This document shows positions 1-11,830 of a DNA stretch of 64,000 nucleotides, piece after piece; position 1 is the first letter of the stretch, and every line of letters begins with the position of its first letter. The notes beneath the pieces were generated by a model. That model was not told where the DNA came from. It saw only the letters and a program-made list of their open reading frames with translations, and did not search any database. This DNA is from Squalus acanthias. Lineage: Eukaryota. The position numbers and the translations under genes are program-made. The stretch is taken from assembly GCA_030390025.1 (NCBI GenBank), contig CM059431.1:151282001-151346000 (forward strand). The letters are read 5' to 3'.

Positions 1-1666
1 GCAAAAATCCTCAGCCAGAAGTGCCGATTGGATGACCCATATCGGCTTACTCGTGAGGTCCCCACCATCACAGAAGCCAGTCTTCAGCCAATTGGAATCA
101 CTCCACGTGATATCAAGAAACGGCTGAGCGCACTGGATACAGCGATGGCTGTGGGCCCCGAGAAAATCCCGGCTATCGTGCTGAAGACTTGTGCTCCTGA
201 ACTAGCCACGCAACTAGCCAAGCAGTTCCAGTACAGCTACAACACTGGCATCGATCCGACAATGTGCAAAACTGCCCAGGTATGTCCTGCCCACAAAAAG
301 CACGACAAATCCAATCCAGCCAATAACCACACCGTCAGTCTACTCTCAATCATCAGCAAAGTAAAGGAAGGTGTCAGTACTAGTACAGTACTATCAAGCG
401 ACACTTGCTCACCAATAATCTGCTCACTGATGCCCAGTTTGTGTTCCGCGAAGACCACTCGGCTCCCGGCGTCATTACAGCCTTGGTCCAAATATGAACA
501 ATGGAGCTGAATTCCAGAGGTGAGGTGAGAGTGACTGCCCTTGACATCAAGACAGCTTTTGACCGAGTGTGGCATTCAGGAGTCCTAGTAAAACTGAAGT
601 CAATGGGAATTGGGGGCGGGGGGGGGGGGGACTCTCCACTGTCTGGAGTCATACCGAGCACAAAGGAAGATGGTTGTGCTGTTCGAAGGTCAATTATCAC
701 AACCCTGGGACATCGTTGTAGGTGTTCCTCAGGGCAGTGTCCGAGGCCCAATCATCAATGACCTTCCCTGCAACATAAGATCAGAAATGAGGATGTTCGC
801 TGATTACTGCACATTGTTCAACGCCATTCACAACTCATCAGATAATAAAGCAGTCCATGCCAGTATGCAACAAGACCTTGACGACGTTCAGGCTTGTGCT
901 GTTAACTGCAGGAATCATTCGTGCCATGCAATGACTATAACCAAAAAAAGAGACTCTAACCAACTCCCCTTGACATTCAGCAGCATTACCATCGCCGAAT
1001 TCCCCACCATCAACAACATGGGGTTTACCATTGACCAGAAACTTAACTGGATCAGTCAAATAAATACTGTGGCAACAAGAGCAGGTCAGAGGCTAGGTAT
1101 TCTGCGTCGAGTGCCTCAACTGCTGTCTCCCCAAAGCCTTTCCACGATCTACAAGGCACAAGTGAGGAGTGTGTTGGAATACTCTCCACTTGCCTGGATG
1201 AGTGCAGCTCCAACAGCACTCAAGAAGCTCGACACCATCCATGACAAAGCAGTCCGCATCATCGGCACATCCGCCAGCACCGGCGCACTGTGGTTGCAGT
1301 GTGTACCATCTCTAAGATGCACTGCAGCAACTCGCCAAGGCTTCTTCGGCAGCACTTCCCAAACACGCGATCTCGTCCACCCAGTAGAACATGGGCAGCA
1401 GGCGCATGCGAACACCACCACTTTCAAGTTCCACTCCAAGTCTCACACCATCCTGACTTAGAAGTATATCGCCGACGCTTCTTCGTCGCTGGGTCAAATT
1501 TCTGGAACTCCCTACCTAACAGCACTGTGGGACTACCTTCATCACACGAACTGCAGCGGTTCAAGGATGCGGCTCAACACCACCTCCTCAAGTGCAATTA
1601 GGTTTGGGCAATAAATGCTGGCCTTGCCAGCGATGCCCCCTCCCAAAAAAAAAGAATCTAAAAAAA
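1..1666 (+). mobile_element. Decayed CR1/L2-group LINE (second lineage, family L), RT region and 3' end
   Basis: ORF fragments contain RT motifs (ALDIKTAFDRVWH, GVPQGSV, MFADY). The 3' end has AATAAA, a GCTGGC-CTT-GCCAGC stem-loop and an A-rich tail. Several frameshifts. Confidence 0.9.
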
Positions 1667-3418
1667 GAGGCGGCCTGGGACCGGTTAGGAACCAAAAAGG
1701 TGACTTATGCATAGAGGCAAGTGTTATGGCTCAGGCACTAAATGAGTACTTTATATCTGTCTTCACCAGGGATGAGGATGCTGCCATAGACATAGAGAAG
1801 GAGGAAGTGGAAACACTCGATAGTATCAACATTGATAAAGAAGAGGTATTAGAAAGTCAGGCTGTACTTAAAGTAGATAAATTATCAAGAGCTGATGGGA
1901 AACATCCTAGGATGCTAAGGGAATTGCGGGCTGAAATCTTGGAGGTATTGGCGCTAATATTCCAATCCTCCATGGATACGGTGGTGGTGTCAGAGGACTG
2001 GAGAATCGCAAATATTTCACCGTTGTTCAAAAAAGGGTGTAAAGATAATTCCGGCAACTGCAGGCCAGTCAGTTTAAACACGGCAGTGGGGAATCTTTTA
2101 GAAACAGTAATCAGGGACAAAATTAACAGTCACTTGAATAGGTATGGATTAATTAAGGAAAGCCAGCACGGATTTGTTAAAGGCAAAACATGTTTAACCA
2201 ACTTGAGCGAGGGATTTTGTGATGAGGTAACAGAGAGGTTTGATGAGGGTAATGCGGTTGACGCAGTGTACATAGATTTCCAAAAGTCGTTCGACAAAGT
2301 GCCACATAATAGGTGCGCCAGCAAAGTTGAAGCCCATGGAATAAAAGGGACAATGGCAGCATGAATGCGAAATTGGCTTAGTGACAGGAAACAGAGGGTG
2401 GCGGTGAACAGCTGTTTTTTTGGACTGGAGGAACGTATACAGATGTGTTCCCCACGGGTCGTTTCAAAGAGCACTGCTTTACTTGATATATATTAATGTC
2501 TTGGGCGTGTGTTTACAGGGCACAATTTCAAAATTTGCAGATGAAACAAAACTTGGAAGTACAGTGAGCAGTGAGGAAGAGAGTGATAGACTTCAGGAAG
2601 ATATAAACAGGGTGATGAAATTGTTTGACCGGTGGCAAATGAAATTTAACGCAGAAAAGAGTGAAGTAATACATATTGGTAGAAAGTAAGTGGAGAGGTC
2701 ATGTAAGCTGGATGGTCGAATCCTAACTGTGGTGCACGAACAGAGAGACCTGGGGTATATGTGTACAAATCGTTGAAGGTAGCAGGTCAGGTTGAGAAAG
2801 CAGTTAAAAAGGCTTATGGGATCCTGGGCTTCTTAAATAGAGGTATAGAGTACAAAAGTGTGGAAATGTTGAACACTGGTTCGACCTCAACTGGAGTACT
2901 GTGTTCAATTCTGGGCACCAAACATTAGGAAGAATGTGAAGGTCTTAGAGACGATGCAGAAAAGATGGGCAAGAATGATGGGAGGAATGAGGGACTTCAG
3001 TTACCTTGTTAGACTGGAGAAGCTGGGGTTGTTCTCCTTGGAACAGAGAAGATTGCGAGGAGATTTGATAGAGGTGTTCAAAATCATAGAGTAGATAGTG
3101 ATAAACTGTTCCCATTGGCGGAAAGGTCGAAAACCAGAGGACAGCGATTTCAGGTGATTGGCAAAAGAATCAAAGGCGACGTAAGGCAAACACTTTTTAC
3201 GCAGCGAGTGTTTAAGATCTGGAATGCACTGCCTGAAAGAGCGGTGGAGGCTGACTCAATCTTATCTTTCAAAACGGTGTTTGATAAGTAGCTTAAAAAA
3301 AGGCAGTGCTACGGGGAAAGGGAGTGGAGTGGGACCAGCTGAGATTCGGCATGGGCTCGACGGGCCTAATGGCATTGTTCCGTGCTGTAACCGTTCTATG
3401 ACTGCATTCTTTGATTCT
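1667..3418 (+). mobile_element. 5'-truncated CR1 LINE (family B), decayed ORF2
   Basis: QHGFVKGKTCLTNL, VYIDFQKSFDKVPH and ISKFADETKL motifs. CR1-type 3' end with a TTCTATGA-like tail. Confidence 0.9.
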
Positions 3419-3464
3419 AACTTGTCCTGCCCCCTTAAAAAATGTGCGTGCATAATCGCCCGGC

Positions 3465-3738
3465 CGTGAGATTAAGTAGAAGGGAGTCAGATTGGGGACA
3501 AGGAATGAGATTGAGGAGTAGGGCTCATATTGAGTTGGGATGAGATTGAAGAGAAATGTTCAATTTCAGGAGTAAGGGTAATTACATTTTGGAGCAGACT
3601 CGGGGCAGGTTGATAGCTGTTAGTGTGTTTGAGATAGAATGTGCTGAGAAAAGGTATCGAGCTGAAGCAATGAGCTGACGGTGCGTGGGTTCAGGAAGCG
3701 GCTCCAGGCAGGAAGTGAAGGTAATGTAATTCCTACCA
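3465..3738 (+). repeat. 5' flank of the tRNA-Lys cassette (slot 1), interrupted by CR1
   Basis: Closely matches 55935-56210, which lies directly upstream of a tRNA-Lys pseudogene. The flank resumes at 8225. Confidence 0.9.
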
Positions 3739-3938
3739 GAGCCCCGAGGCAGCAGAGGCGGCGGACCTGCAAGGGAACAGAGGCGGCGAGCGGCGGTACT
3801 TAAGGTGAGCCCCGAGGCGGCAGCGAGGCCCAGAGCCCCGAGGCGGCAGAGGCGGCGGACCTGCGAGGGAACAGAGGCGGCGAGCGGCGGTACTTATGGT
3901 GAGCCCCGAGGCGGCAGCGAGGCCCAGAGCCCCGAGGC
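3737..3938 (+). repeat. 94-bp GC-rich tandem monomer (~2.15 copies) in the CR1 5' UTR
   Basis: CAGAGCCCCGAGGC starts at 3737, 3831 and 3925. The two full units are nearly identical. Confidence 0.95.
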
Positions 3939-4194
3939 TGCTTACAAATCCAGGTTCCGGGCGAGGGAAGAAAAAAAATATTCGTAGTGTGACGCCACCA
4001 AAAAGCAGGTAAGTGATTGGTTGGTGAGTGTTTTCTTTCTCAATTTTTGTTACCTTAAATTTTGTGGCTTCTACGTTCTCATTGTGTAGCGCGGACGACT
4101 GTTAAGCAAGGGCCCTTAAGTATATCATTTAATTGAAGTGAAATTGGTGGGATTGAATTAGTTTAATTTTAATTAATTAATTAAAGGGTAAGTA

Positions 4195-5145
4195 ATGGTG
4201 GCAGAGCTCGGCACCGTGATATGCTCCTCCTGCAATATGTGGGAAATCAGGGACACTTCCTGTGTCCCTGACGACCATGTGTGTGGGAAATGTATCCAGC
4301 AGCAGCTACTGACGGACCGCATTGCGGCGCTGGAGCTGCGGATGGATGGATATTGGAGCATTCGCGACGCTGAGAACGTCGTGAATAACACGTTTAGCGA
4401 GTTGGTCACACCGCAGGTAAACGCTGTACAGGCAGGAAGTGAATGGGTGACCACCAGGCAGCGTGAGAGGTGCAGGCAGGTAGTGCAGGGGTCCCCTGTG
4501 GCCATCCCACTCTCAAACAGATATACCACTTTGGATGCTGTTGGGGGGGATGACTTATCAGGGGAAGGCGGCAGCAGCCAACTTCCTGGCACCATGGGTG
4601 GCTCTGCTGCACAGGCTGGGAGGAAAAAGTGTGTAAGAGCTATATTGATAGGGGATTCAATTGTAAGGGGAATAGATAGGCGTTTCTGCGGCCACAATCG
4701 AGACTCCAGGATGGTGTGTTGCCTCCCTGGTGCAAGGGTCAAGGACGTCTCGGAGCGGCTACAGAACACTTTGGAGGGGGAGGGCGAACAGCCAGTTGTC
4801 GTGGTGCACATCGGCATCAACGATATAGGTAAAAAACGGGATGATGTCCTAAAAGCAGAATATAGGGAGTTAGGAGGTAAATTAAAAAAGAGGACCTCAA
4901 AGGTAGTAATCTCAAGATTGCTACCAGTGCCACGTGCTAGTCAGAGTAGAAATAGGAGGATATTTCAAATGAATACGTGGCTAGAAGAATGGTGCAAGGG
5001 GGAGGGATTCAAATTCCTTGGACATTGGAACCGAATCTGGGGGAGGTGGGACCAGTACAAACGAGACGGTCTGCACCTGGGCAGGGCCGGGACAGATGTC
5101 CTAGGGGGAGTGCTTGCTGGTGCTGTTGGGGAGGGTTTAAACTAA
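4195..5145 (+). CDS. CR1 ORF1 protein (Zn finger/leucine zipper plus SGNH esterase-like domain), open frame, 316 aa
   Basis: CSSC..CGKC followed by a leucine-rich coil. Contains IGDSIVR, CLPGARV, VVHIGIND and DGLHL blocks typical of CR1 ORF1 esterase domains. Confidence 0.9.
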   Translation: MVAELGTVICSSCNMWEIRDTSCVPDDHVCGKCIQQQLLTDRIAALELRMDGYWSIRDAENVVNNTFSELVTPQVNAVQAGSEWVTTRQRERCRQVVQGSPVAIPLSNRYTTLDAVGGDDLSGEGGSSQLPGTMGGSAAQAGRKKCVRAILIGDSIVRGIDRRFCGHNRDSRMVCCLPGARVKDVSERLQNTLEGEGEQPVVVVHIGINDIGKKRDDVLKAEYRELGGKLKKRTSKVVISRLLPVPRASQSRNRRIFQMNTWLEEWCKGEGFKFLGHWNRIWGRWDQYKRDGLHLGRAGTDVLGGVLAGAVGEGLN

Positions 5146-5268
5146 AGTGGCAGGGGGTTGGGAACCAAGAGCAGGGAGACAGGGGAAAGGGAAATATGGA
5201 TAAAAGCTAAAGACAGGAAGGAGAAAAACAAAAGTAGAAGGCAAAGAACTCAACGGTTTAAATCAAGC

Positions 5269-8140
5269 ATGGTCACAGTAAAAAATATTTCATACAGGTC
5301 TGTGAGCGTTAAAAAAACAAGCCTGAAGGCTTTGTTTCTTAATGCAAGGAGCATTCGGAACAAGGTAGATGAATTTGCTGCGCAAATACAGGTAAATGAA
5401 GACGATTTGATTGGGATTACAGAAACATGGCTCCAGGGTGGCTAAGGCTGGGAACTCAACATCCAGGGTTATTCAATATTTAGGAAAGATAGGCAAAAAA
5501 GAAAGGGTTGTGGGGCAGCATTGCTGGTTAAAGAGGGGATTAACACAATTGAAAGGAAGGATATTAGCTCTGATGATGCAGAATCTGTATGGGTTAAACT
5601 GAGAAATAACAAGGGGCAGAAAACGTTAGTGGGAGTGGTATATAGACCTCCAAAAAGTAATACGGAGGTTGGGGACGGCATTAAAAGGGAAATTAGAGAA
5701 GCATGCAGTAAGGGCACAGCAGTCATCATGGGTGACTTTAATATACATATAGATTGGGCTAACCAAATTAGTAAAAATACTGTGGAGGAGGAATTCCTAG
5801 AATGTTTACGAGATGGTTTTCTGGAACAATATGTCGAGGAACCAACCAGAGATCAGGCCATCTTAGACTGGGTATTATGCAACGAGAAAGGATTAATTAG
5901 CAATCTTGTTGTACGAGGCCCCTTGGGTCAGAGTGATCATAATATGATAGAATTCTTCATTAGGATGCAGAGTGAAGTAGTTGAATTAGAGACTAGGGTC
6001 GTTAATTTAAATAAAGGAAACTACGATGGTATGAGGCGCGAATTGGGTAGGATTGATTGGGGAATGTCACTCAAGGGGTTGACGGTGGATAGGCAATGGT
6101 AAACATTCAAAGACTGCATGGAGGAACTAAAGAATTTGTACATCCCAGTGTGGCATAAGAATAAAACAAAAAAGGGTGACTCAACCTTGGCTAACAAGGG
6201 AAATTAGGGATAGCATAAGATCCAAGGAGAGGGAATATAAATTGGCCAGAAAAAGTGGTAGCCCTGAGGATTGGGAGCAGTTTAGGATTCAACAAAGGAG
6301 GACAAAGGGATTAATTAAGAAGGGGAAAATAGATTATGAAAGTAAGCTTGCTGGGAACATAAAAACTGACTGTAAGAGCTTTTTATAGATATGTGAAGAG
6401 AAAAAGATTAGTGAAATCAAGTGCAGGTCCCTTGCAGTTAGAAGCGGGGAAAGTTATAATGGGGAACAAAGAAATGGCAGCCCAATTAAATGCATATTTT
6501 GGTTCTGTCTTCACAAAGGAGGACACAAATAACCTCACAGAGATGTTGGAGAACATACGGTCTGATGAAAGGGAGGAACTGAATGAAATCAGTATTTGCA
6601 GGGAAATGGTGTTGGGGAAATTGACGGTATTGAAGGCCGATAAATCCCCGGGGCCTGATAATCTACATCCTAGCGTACTTAAAGAGGTGGCCCTAGAAAT
6701 ACTAGATGCATTGCTGATCATCTTCCAACATTCGATGGAATCTGGAACTGTACCCATGGATTGGAGGGTAGCTAATGTTACCGCACTATTCAAAAAGGTT
6801 GGTAGAGAGAAAGCGGGGAATTACAGACCGATAACCCTGACATCGGTAGTGTGGAAAATGCTGGAGTCCATTATAAGGGATGTAATAGCTGAGCATTTGA
6901 AAAACAGTGACAGGATCGGACAAAGTCAACATGGATTTACAAAAGGTAAATCGTGCTTGACTAATCTACTGGAATTTTTTGAGGATGTAACTGGGAAAAT
7001 AGATAAGGGAGAACCAGTAGATGTGGTGTATTTGGACTTTCAAAAGTCTTTCGATAAGGTCCTGCATAAGAGATTAGGGGGTAAATTTAAGGCACATGGG
7101 ATTGGGGGCAAGGTATTGACTTGGAAGAGTACTGGTTGGCGGACAGAAAGCAGAGAGTAGGAACTAATGGGTCTTTTTCCGAGTGGCAAGCAGTGACTAG
7201 TGGGGTACCGCAGGGATCGGTCCTTGGACCCCAGCTATTCACAATATACATTAATGATCTAGATAAGGGAATTAAATGTAATATCTCCAAGTTTGCAGAT
7301 GACACAAAGCTGGGTGGGAGTGTGTGCAGCGAGGAGGATAGCGAGAAACTCCAGGATGATCTGGACAGATTGGGTGAGTGGGCAGAAGCGTGGCAGAATC
7401 AATATAACGTGGATAAGTGCGAGGTTATCCGCTTTGGTGTCAAAAACAGAAAGGCAGACTATCATCTGAATGGCAATAGATTGGGAGAAGGGGAAGTGCA
7501 ACGAGACCTGGGTGTCCTTGTGCACCAGTCGCTGAAAGTGAGCATGCAGCTGCAGCAGGCGGTGAAGAAGGCAAATGGTATGTTGGCCTTCATAGCGAAA
7601 GGGTTTGAGTATAGGAACAGGGATGTCCTGCTGCAGTTGTACAGGGCCTTGGTGAGACCACACCTTGACTACTGTGTGCAGTTTTGGTCGCCTTATCTGA
7701 GGAAGGATGTTCTTGCCATGGAGGGAGTTCAGCGAAGATTCACAAGGCTGATACCTGGGATGGCAGGAATGACATATGAGGAGAGATTGGGTCGATTGGG
7801 CTTATACTCACTGGAGTATAGAAGATTGAGAGGGGATCTCATCGAAACATATAAAATTCTGACAGGTCTGGACAAACTAAATGCAGGAAGAATGTTCCCA
7901 ATGTCGGAGAGTCCAGAACCAGGGTTCATAATCTACGGATAACGGGTAAACCATTTAGGACAGAAATGAGGAAGAATTTCTTCACCCAGAGAGTGGTGAA
8001 CCTGTGAAATTCTCTACCACAGAAGGTAGTTGAGGCGAGGTCGTTAAATATATTCAAGGATGAGTTAGATATATTTCTTAAAGCTAAAGTAATCAAGGGA
8101 TATGGGGAGAGGGCAGGTACAGGGTACTGAGTTTAGATGA
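5269..8140 (+). pseudogene. CR1 ORF2 (AP endonuclease + reverse transcriptase), disrupted
   Basis: LNARSI, GITETW, MGDFN, SDHN, GVPQGSVLGP and KFADD motifs. Stops at 5443, 6100 and 6386, plus frameshifts near 6170, 7125 and 7900. Confidence 0.93.
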
Positions 8141-8464
8141 TCAGCCGTGATCTCATCGAATGGCGGAGCAGGCTCGAGGGGCCGAATGGCCTACTCCTGC
8201 TCCTATCTTCTATGTTTCTATGTTTACCACAGCCACTCAGTGTCGCTGCTTCATTGGCCGGCAGAAGCTGGTGGTTCCCTGTAAGATGGGAACACGACAG
8301 ACAGTTAACCGAGATCCGACCAAAGAACACACACGCCAACTCAATAGACTGATCAAGACCTTGGATCCAGACCTTAAAAGCATCCTACGCGCTCTCATCA
8401 CACGTACTCCCCACGTAGGAGACTTCTACCGCCTCCCACACAACCCTTCCATGGCAACCTCTGC

Positions 8465-8869
8465 ATGACATGCCAGATCATCAACACAGATACCATCATC
8501 ACACGTGAGGACACTACCCACCAGGTACATGGTAAATACTCATATGACTCGGCCAACGTTGTCTACCTCATACGTTGCAGTAAAGAATGCATCGTGGCAT
8601 GGTACATCGGCGAGACCATGCAGACACTGAGACAACGTATGAACAGACACCGCGCAACAATCGCCAGGCAGGATTGTTACCTCCCAGTTGGGGAATACTT
8701 CAGCAGTCAAGGACATTCAGCCTCGGATCTGTGGGTTAGCCTTCTCGAAGGCGGCCTTCGAAACACATGACAACGCAAAATCATCGAGCAGAAACTGATA
8801 GCCAAGTTGCGCGCCCATGAGGACGGCCTCAATAGGGATCTCGGGTTCATGTCAGGCTACAGAACGTGA
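8465..8869 (+). pseudogene. GIY-YIG endonuclease domain of a Penelope ORF
   Basis: NVVYLIRC..WYIGET..LRQRMNRHR. After an in-frame TGA at 8768 the frame continues with EQKLIAKL..GLNRD. Confidence 0.88.
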
Positions 8870-9084
8870 CTCGACATCGTTGTCTGTTTTTCCAATTTAA
8901 AAAAAAAATTAGAAGCTTAACTGCTGACGGCAGCATTTGACACGTTGGACGCCTTGTGACCCACCTCATTGTCTTAGCTGTAGTCTGATGTTTCATTGAT
9001 GTAATGCCTCCCTAACAGATTGTATCTCTGCAGACAATTTTTTTTCTGTGTATATATACTGTGTAATCGATTCCCTCACTGTAC

Positions 9085-9124
9085 TTGTATCTGAAGAAGG
9101 AGCGGAGCTCCGAAAGCTCGTAAT
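9085..9124 (+). ncRNA. Minimal type I hammerhead ribozyme motif (Penelope pLTR)
   Basis: CTGAAGA-A-GGAGC-GGA-GCTCC-GAAA-GCTC. Stem I is degraded. Confidence 0.75.
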
Positions 9125-9693
9125 TTTAAATAAAATTGTAGGACTATAACCTGGTGTTGTGCGACTTCTCATTTTTGTCCAGCCCAGTGCAATGCCGGCA
9201 TCTCCGCATCATTAATAAATGGACACACCAATTTAAAGCACCGACGTTAGATTATAACTTATAACAATATACGTTTTAAATTTAAAATAATTTTTGAGAC
9301 AGCAGGAAAGATCTGCGTCAATTGCTCGTGTTTTATGGTTCTCTAGGAAAGTAAGATTTGAAAGAATGAAAGATAAGATCATGGCTGATCTGAATCCCAA
9401 CTCCATCCCCCGCATTGCCTCGATATCCTTGTATACCCTTGTCTAGCAAAACTCAATCGATCTCAGATTTAAAATGATGAATTCAACTGTTTTCTGTGCG
9501 AGATTATTCCACACTTGTAACACCCTTTGCCTGAAGAAGGTTTTCCTAACTTCTCTCCTGAATGGCCTGGCTTTCTCTACCTCGTGACGACACTGTTCTG
9601 GGCATGGAAAATAAACAAACTTCCATTACTCCGTTGTGCAGCAGTCCTCAGACAGAGAGAGATAATGGAAATGCGAGAATAATTTAAAAGTGT

Positions 9694-9940
9694 AAGAAGG
9701 AGTTGCATTTATAATGCGGCTAACATGCACACAGGACGTCCCAAAGGGTTTTACAGTTAATTAAATACTTTCTCAAGTGTATTCATTGTTGTAATGTCGG
9801 AAACGTGGTAGTCAATTTGCACACAGCAAGAACCCATAAATACCAATGAGAAAATTACCAAATCATCTGGCCGGTTTGTGATGTTTGTTAAGGGCTTAAA
9901 TATTTCCCCAGGACAACGGAAAGAACACCCCAGCTCTTTT
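9694..9940 (-). mobile_element. Deu-domain SINE, 3' half
   Basis: Reverse complement of the SINE tail seen at 57300-57520. Confidence 0.75.
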
Positions 9941-9965
9941 CTAAAGATGAATAACTTTACAGTTT

Positions 9966-10240
9966 CAGCCTTCTCTCAGTTGGTAATACACTCACATTTG
10001 AAGTCGCGAACAAGTCCTGGGTCCAAGTCTCACTCCATGGAACTTAAGCACCTAATCTAGTCTGACAATCCAGTGAAGTTCCAAGAGAGCGCTACACTTT
10101 CCACAATTCCGTCTTTTGGATGAGATGATAAACCGAGGTCACGTCTGCCCTCTCAGGTGGACATAAACAATCTCACGGTCTCTCTTGGAAGAAGAGCAGG
10201 GGTATTCTCCCGTTAATCCTTGCTCAATATTTACCCCACT
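9966..10240 (+). mobile_element. Deu-domain SINE (SacSINE1/AmnSINE1-like), 3' part deleted
   Basis: tRNA-like head followed by a GGATGAGA..AAACCGAGG..CGTCTGCCCTCTCAGGTGGAC..GAAGAAGAGCAGGGG core, recognised from memory of the Deu domain. Confidence 0.78.
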
Positions 10241-10305
10241 ACATTTAATCAATATTTGCTAAAGGATTCGCTTCTGGTTATGTTTTTAAAGCTTTACAGC
10301 ATCAG

Positions 10306-10732
10306 AAGTTTGCAGATGCTACAAAAATTGGCCGTGTGGTTGATAATGAAGAAGAAAGCTGCAGACTGCAGGAATATATGAATGGACTGGTCAGGTGGGC
10401 AGAACAGTGGCAAATGGAATTCAGTCTGGAGAAGTGAAAGGTAATGCATTTGCGGAGGGCTGACATGGCAAGGGAAACCACTATAACTGGGAGGACACTG
10501 AGTAGTGCAGAAGATCAAAGGTACCTTGGAGTGCTTGTCCACAGATTCCTGAAGAGATACTTGCCTTTATTAGCCGAGGCATAGAATACAACCGTCGGGA
10601 GTTTATGCTTCAACTGTCTAAAACACTAGTTAGGCCACAGCTGGAATAAAGCGTGCAGTTTTGGTCATCACATTACAGGAAGGATGTGACTGCACTGGAG
10701 AGGGTGCAGAAGAGAATTACGAAGATGTTGGC
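10306..10732 (+). mobile_element. Old CR1 RT fragment (copies near 23690, 58018 and 62386)
   Basis: Coding remnant FADATKIG..WAEQWQMEF. Confidence 0.8.
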
Positions 10733-11384
10733 TGACCATAAATACCAGCACAGAGAATTAGGACGGAATTGCCTGTGTCTGTGTTGTAGACTCGCTGTAA
10801 CTCAATGATATGAAGTAAAGTTGGGAGCATGTTCCGCTATATACAATCCACGAATGCTCACCCAATCTAACTGAGTGGTTGTGAAACACTTTTCAAAGTG
10901 ATATTTCCAGATACCAGTAAGGTTTATTTCAAATATTGCCTGATCCGAAACTCCGAAAGCTGAAAGTGAGGAGTTGGATAAAAAAACCTTTGAGAGCGGA
11001 AAGGGAACTTTATAAAACATGACAGGAAGCAGTCAGAAGGAAGAGTAATACAGACTGACACCGCCCCAGAGAGAGAAAACTTGTTTGAATCAATCAATCG
11101 ATCTTCAATAGCTGCACTCAGATTGTAGTCAAGATTAGAAGCAATCATTGACATTTTCCCTGAGATGTGATCTGATTGGACGGCGTTTCATATGTCGTCA
11201 CGTGTTGAAAATTATTCATATTTATATTAAAATTTATATCGCTAGGAAACCTTCCCGGGGTCTGTCCTACTACACAATGATTTACATTAGTCATCCTCAC
11301 TTAAACAAACAGATTCAGCTACCATCTGGTACTCTTTTGATATTATTAAATCGGTTAAACACTTTATATGCACTGTCTGAAGGT

Positions 11385-11830
11385 AGATAAAGGTGTGACT
11401 GAGTACAGTGAATGACACAGGGAGACGCCAGCAGAGTAAGATAGATAAAGGTGTGACTGAGTACAGTGAGTGATAGAGAGACACCAGCATAGGGAAATAG
11501 ATAAAGGTCTGCCTAAGTACAGCTACACTAACTGAAGAAGGAGCGACAGCTCCGAAAGCTTGTAATTTTAAATAAATCTGTTGGACTATAACCTGCTGTT
11601 GTGCGACTTCTCATTTTTGTCCACCCCAGTCCAACGCCGGCATCTCCACATCATAAGTACAGTGAGTGAAACAAAGAGAAACCAGCATAGGGAGATCGAT
11701 AAAGGTGTGACTGAGTACTGTGATACAGCGAGTCACCAGCAGTGGGAGATAGCTAAACCTGAGACTGAATACACTTTGTGATACAGAGAGACCAGCAGAG
11801 AGAGGTAGATAAAGGTGAGACTGAGTACAG
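11385..11830. repeat. 58/54-bp minisatellite, interrupted by a Penelope mini-insert
   Basis: Repeated AGATAAAGGTGTGACTGAGTACAGTGAGTGATACAGAGAGACACCAGCAGAGGGAGAT. Confidence 0.9.
11523..11653 (+). mobile_element. 131-bp solo Penelope pLTR end carrying a hammerhead motif
   Basis: CTGAAGA-A-GGAGC-GACA-GCTCC-GAAA-GCTT at 11532-11561. TSD TAAGTACAG at 11514-11522 and 11654-11662. Confidence 0.85.

Larger units (their letters stand above)
3739..8224 (+). mobile_element. Near full-length CR1 LINE (family A)
   Basis: GC-rich 5' UTR, ORF1, APE-RT ORF2 and a (TATGTTTC)n tail. TSD TACCA at 3734-3738 and 8225-8229. The empty site TTCCTACCACAGCC is visible near 56202. Confidence 0.95.
8260..9210 (+). 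mobile_element. Penelope-like element fragment (internally deleted) with 3' pLTR
   Basis: GIY-YIG coding remnant followed by a pLTR containing a TATATA run, hammerhead core, AATAAA and a tail shared with 11523-11653 and 30677-31078. Confidence 0.88.

Noticed and set aside
612..630. G-run as a regulatory G-quadruplex
   Set aside because: Homopolymer expansion of a short G tract inside a dead LINE; the paralogs at 18741 and 53057 have short runs.
4173..4820. 215-aa antisense ORF and similar minus-strand ORFs over LINEs
   Set aside because: Shadow frames of CR1 coding sequence with no recognisable domain.
11385..11830. CRISPR-like repeat array
   Set aside because: Units are contiguous degenerate tandem repeats without unique spacers, in a vertebrate context with no cas genes.
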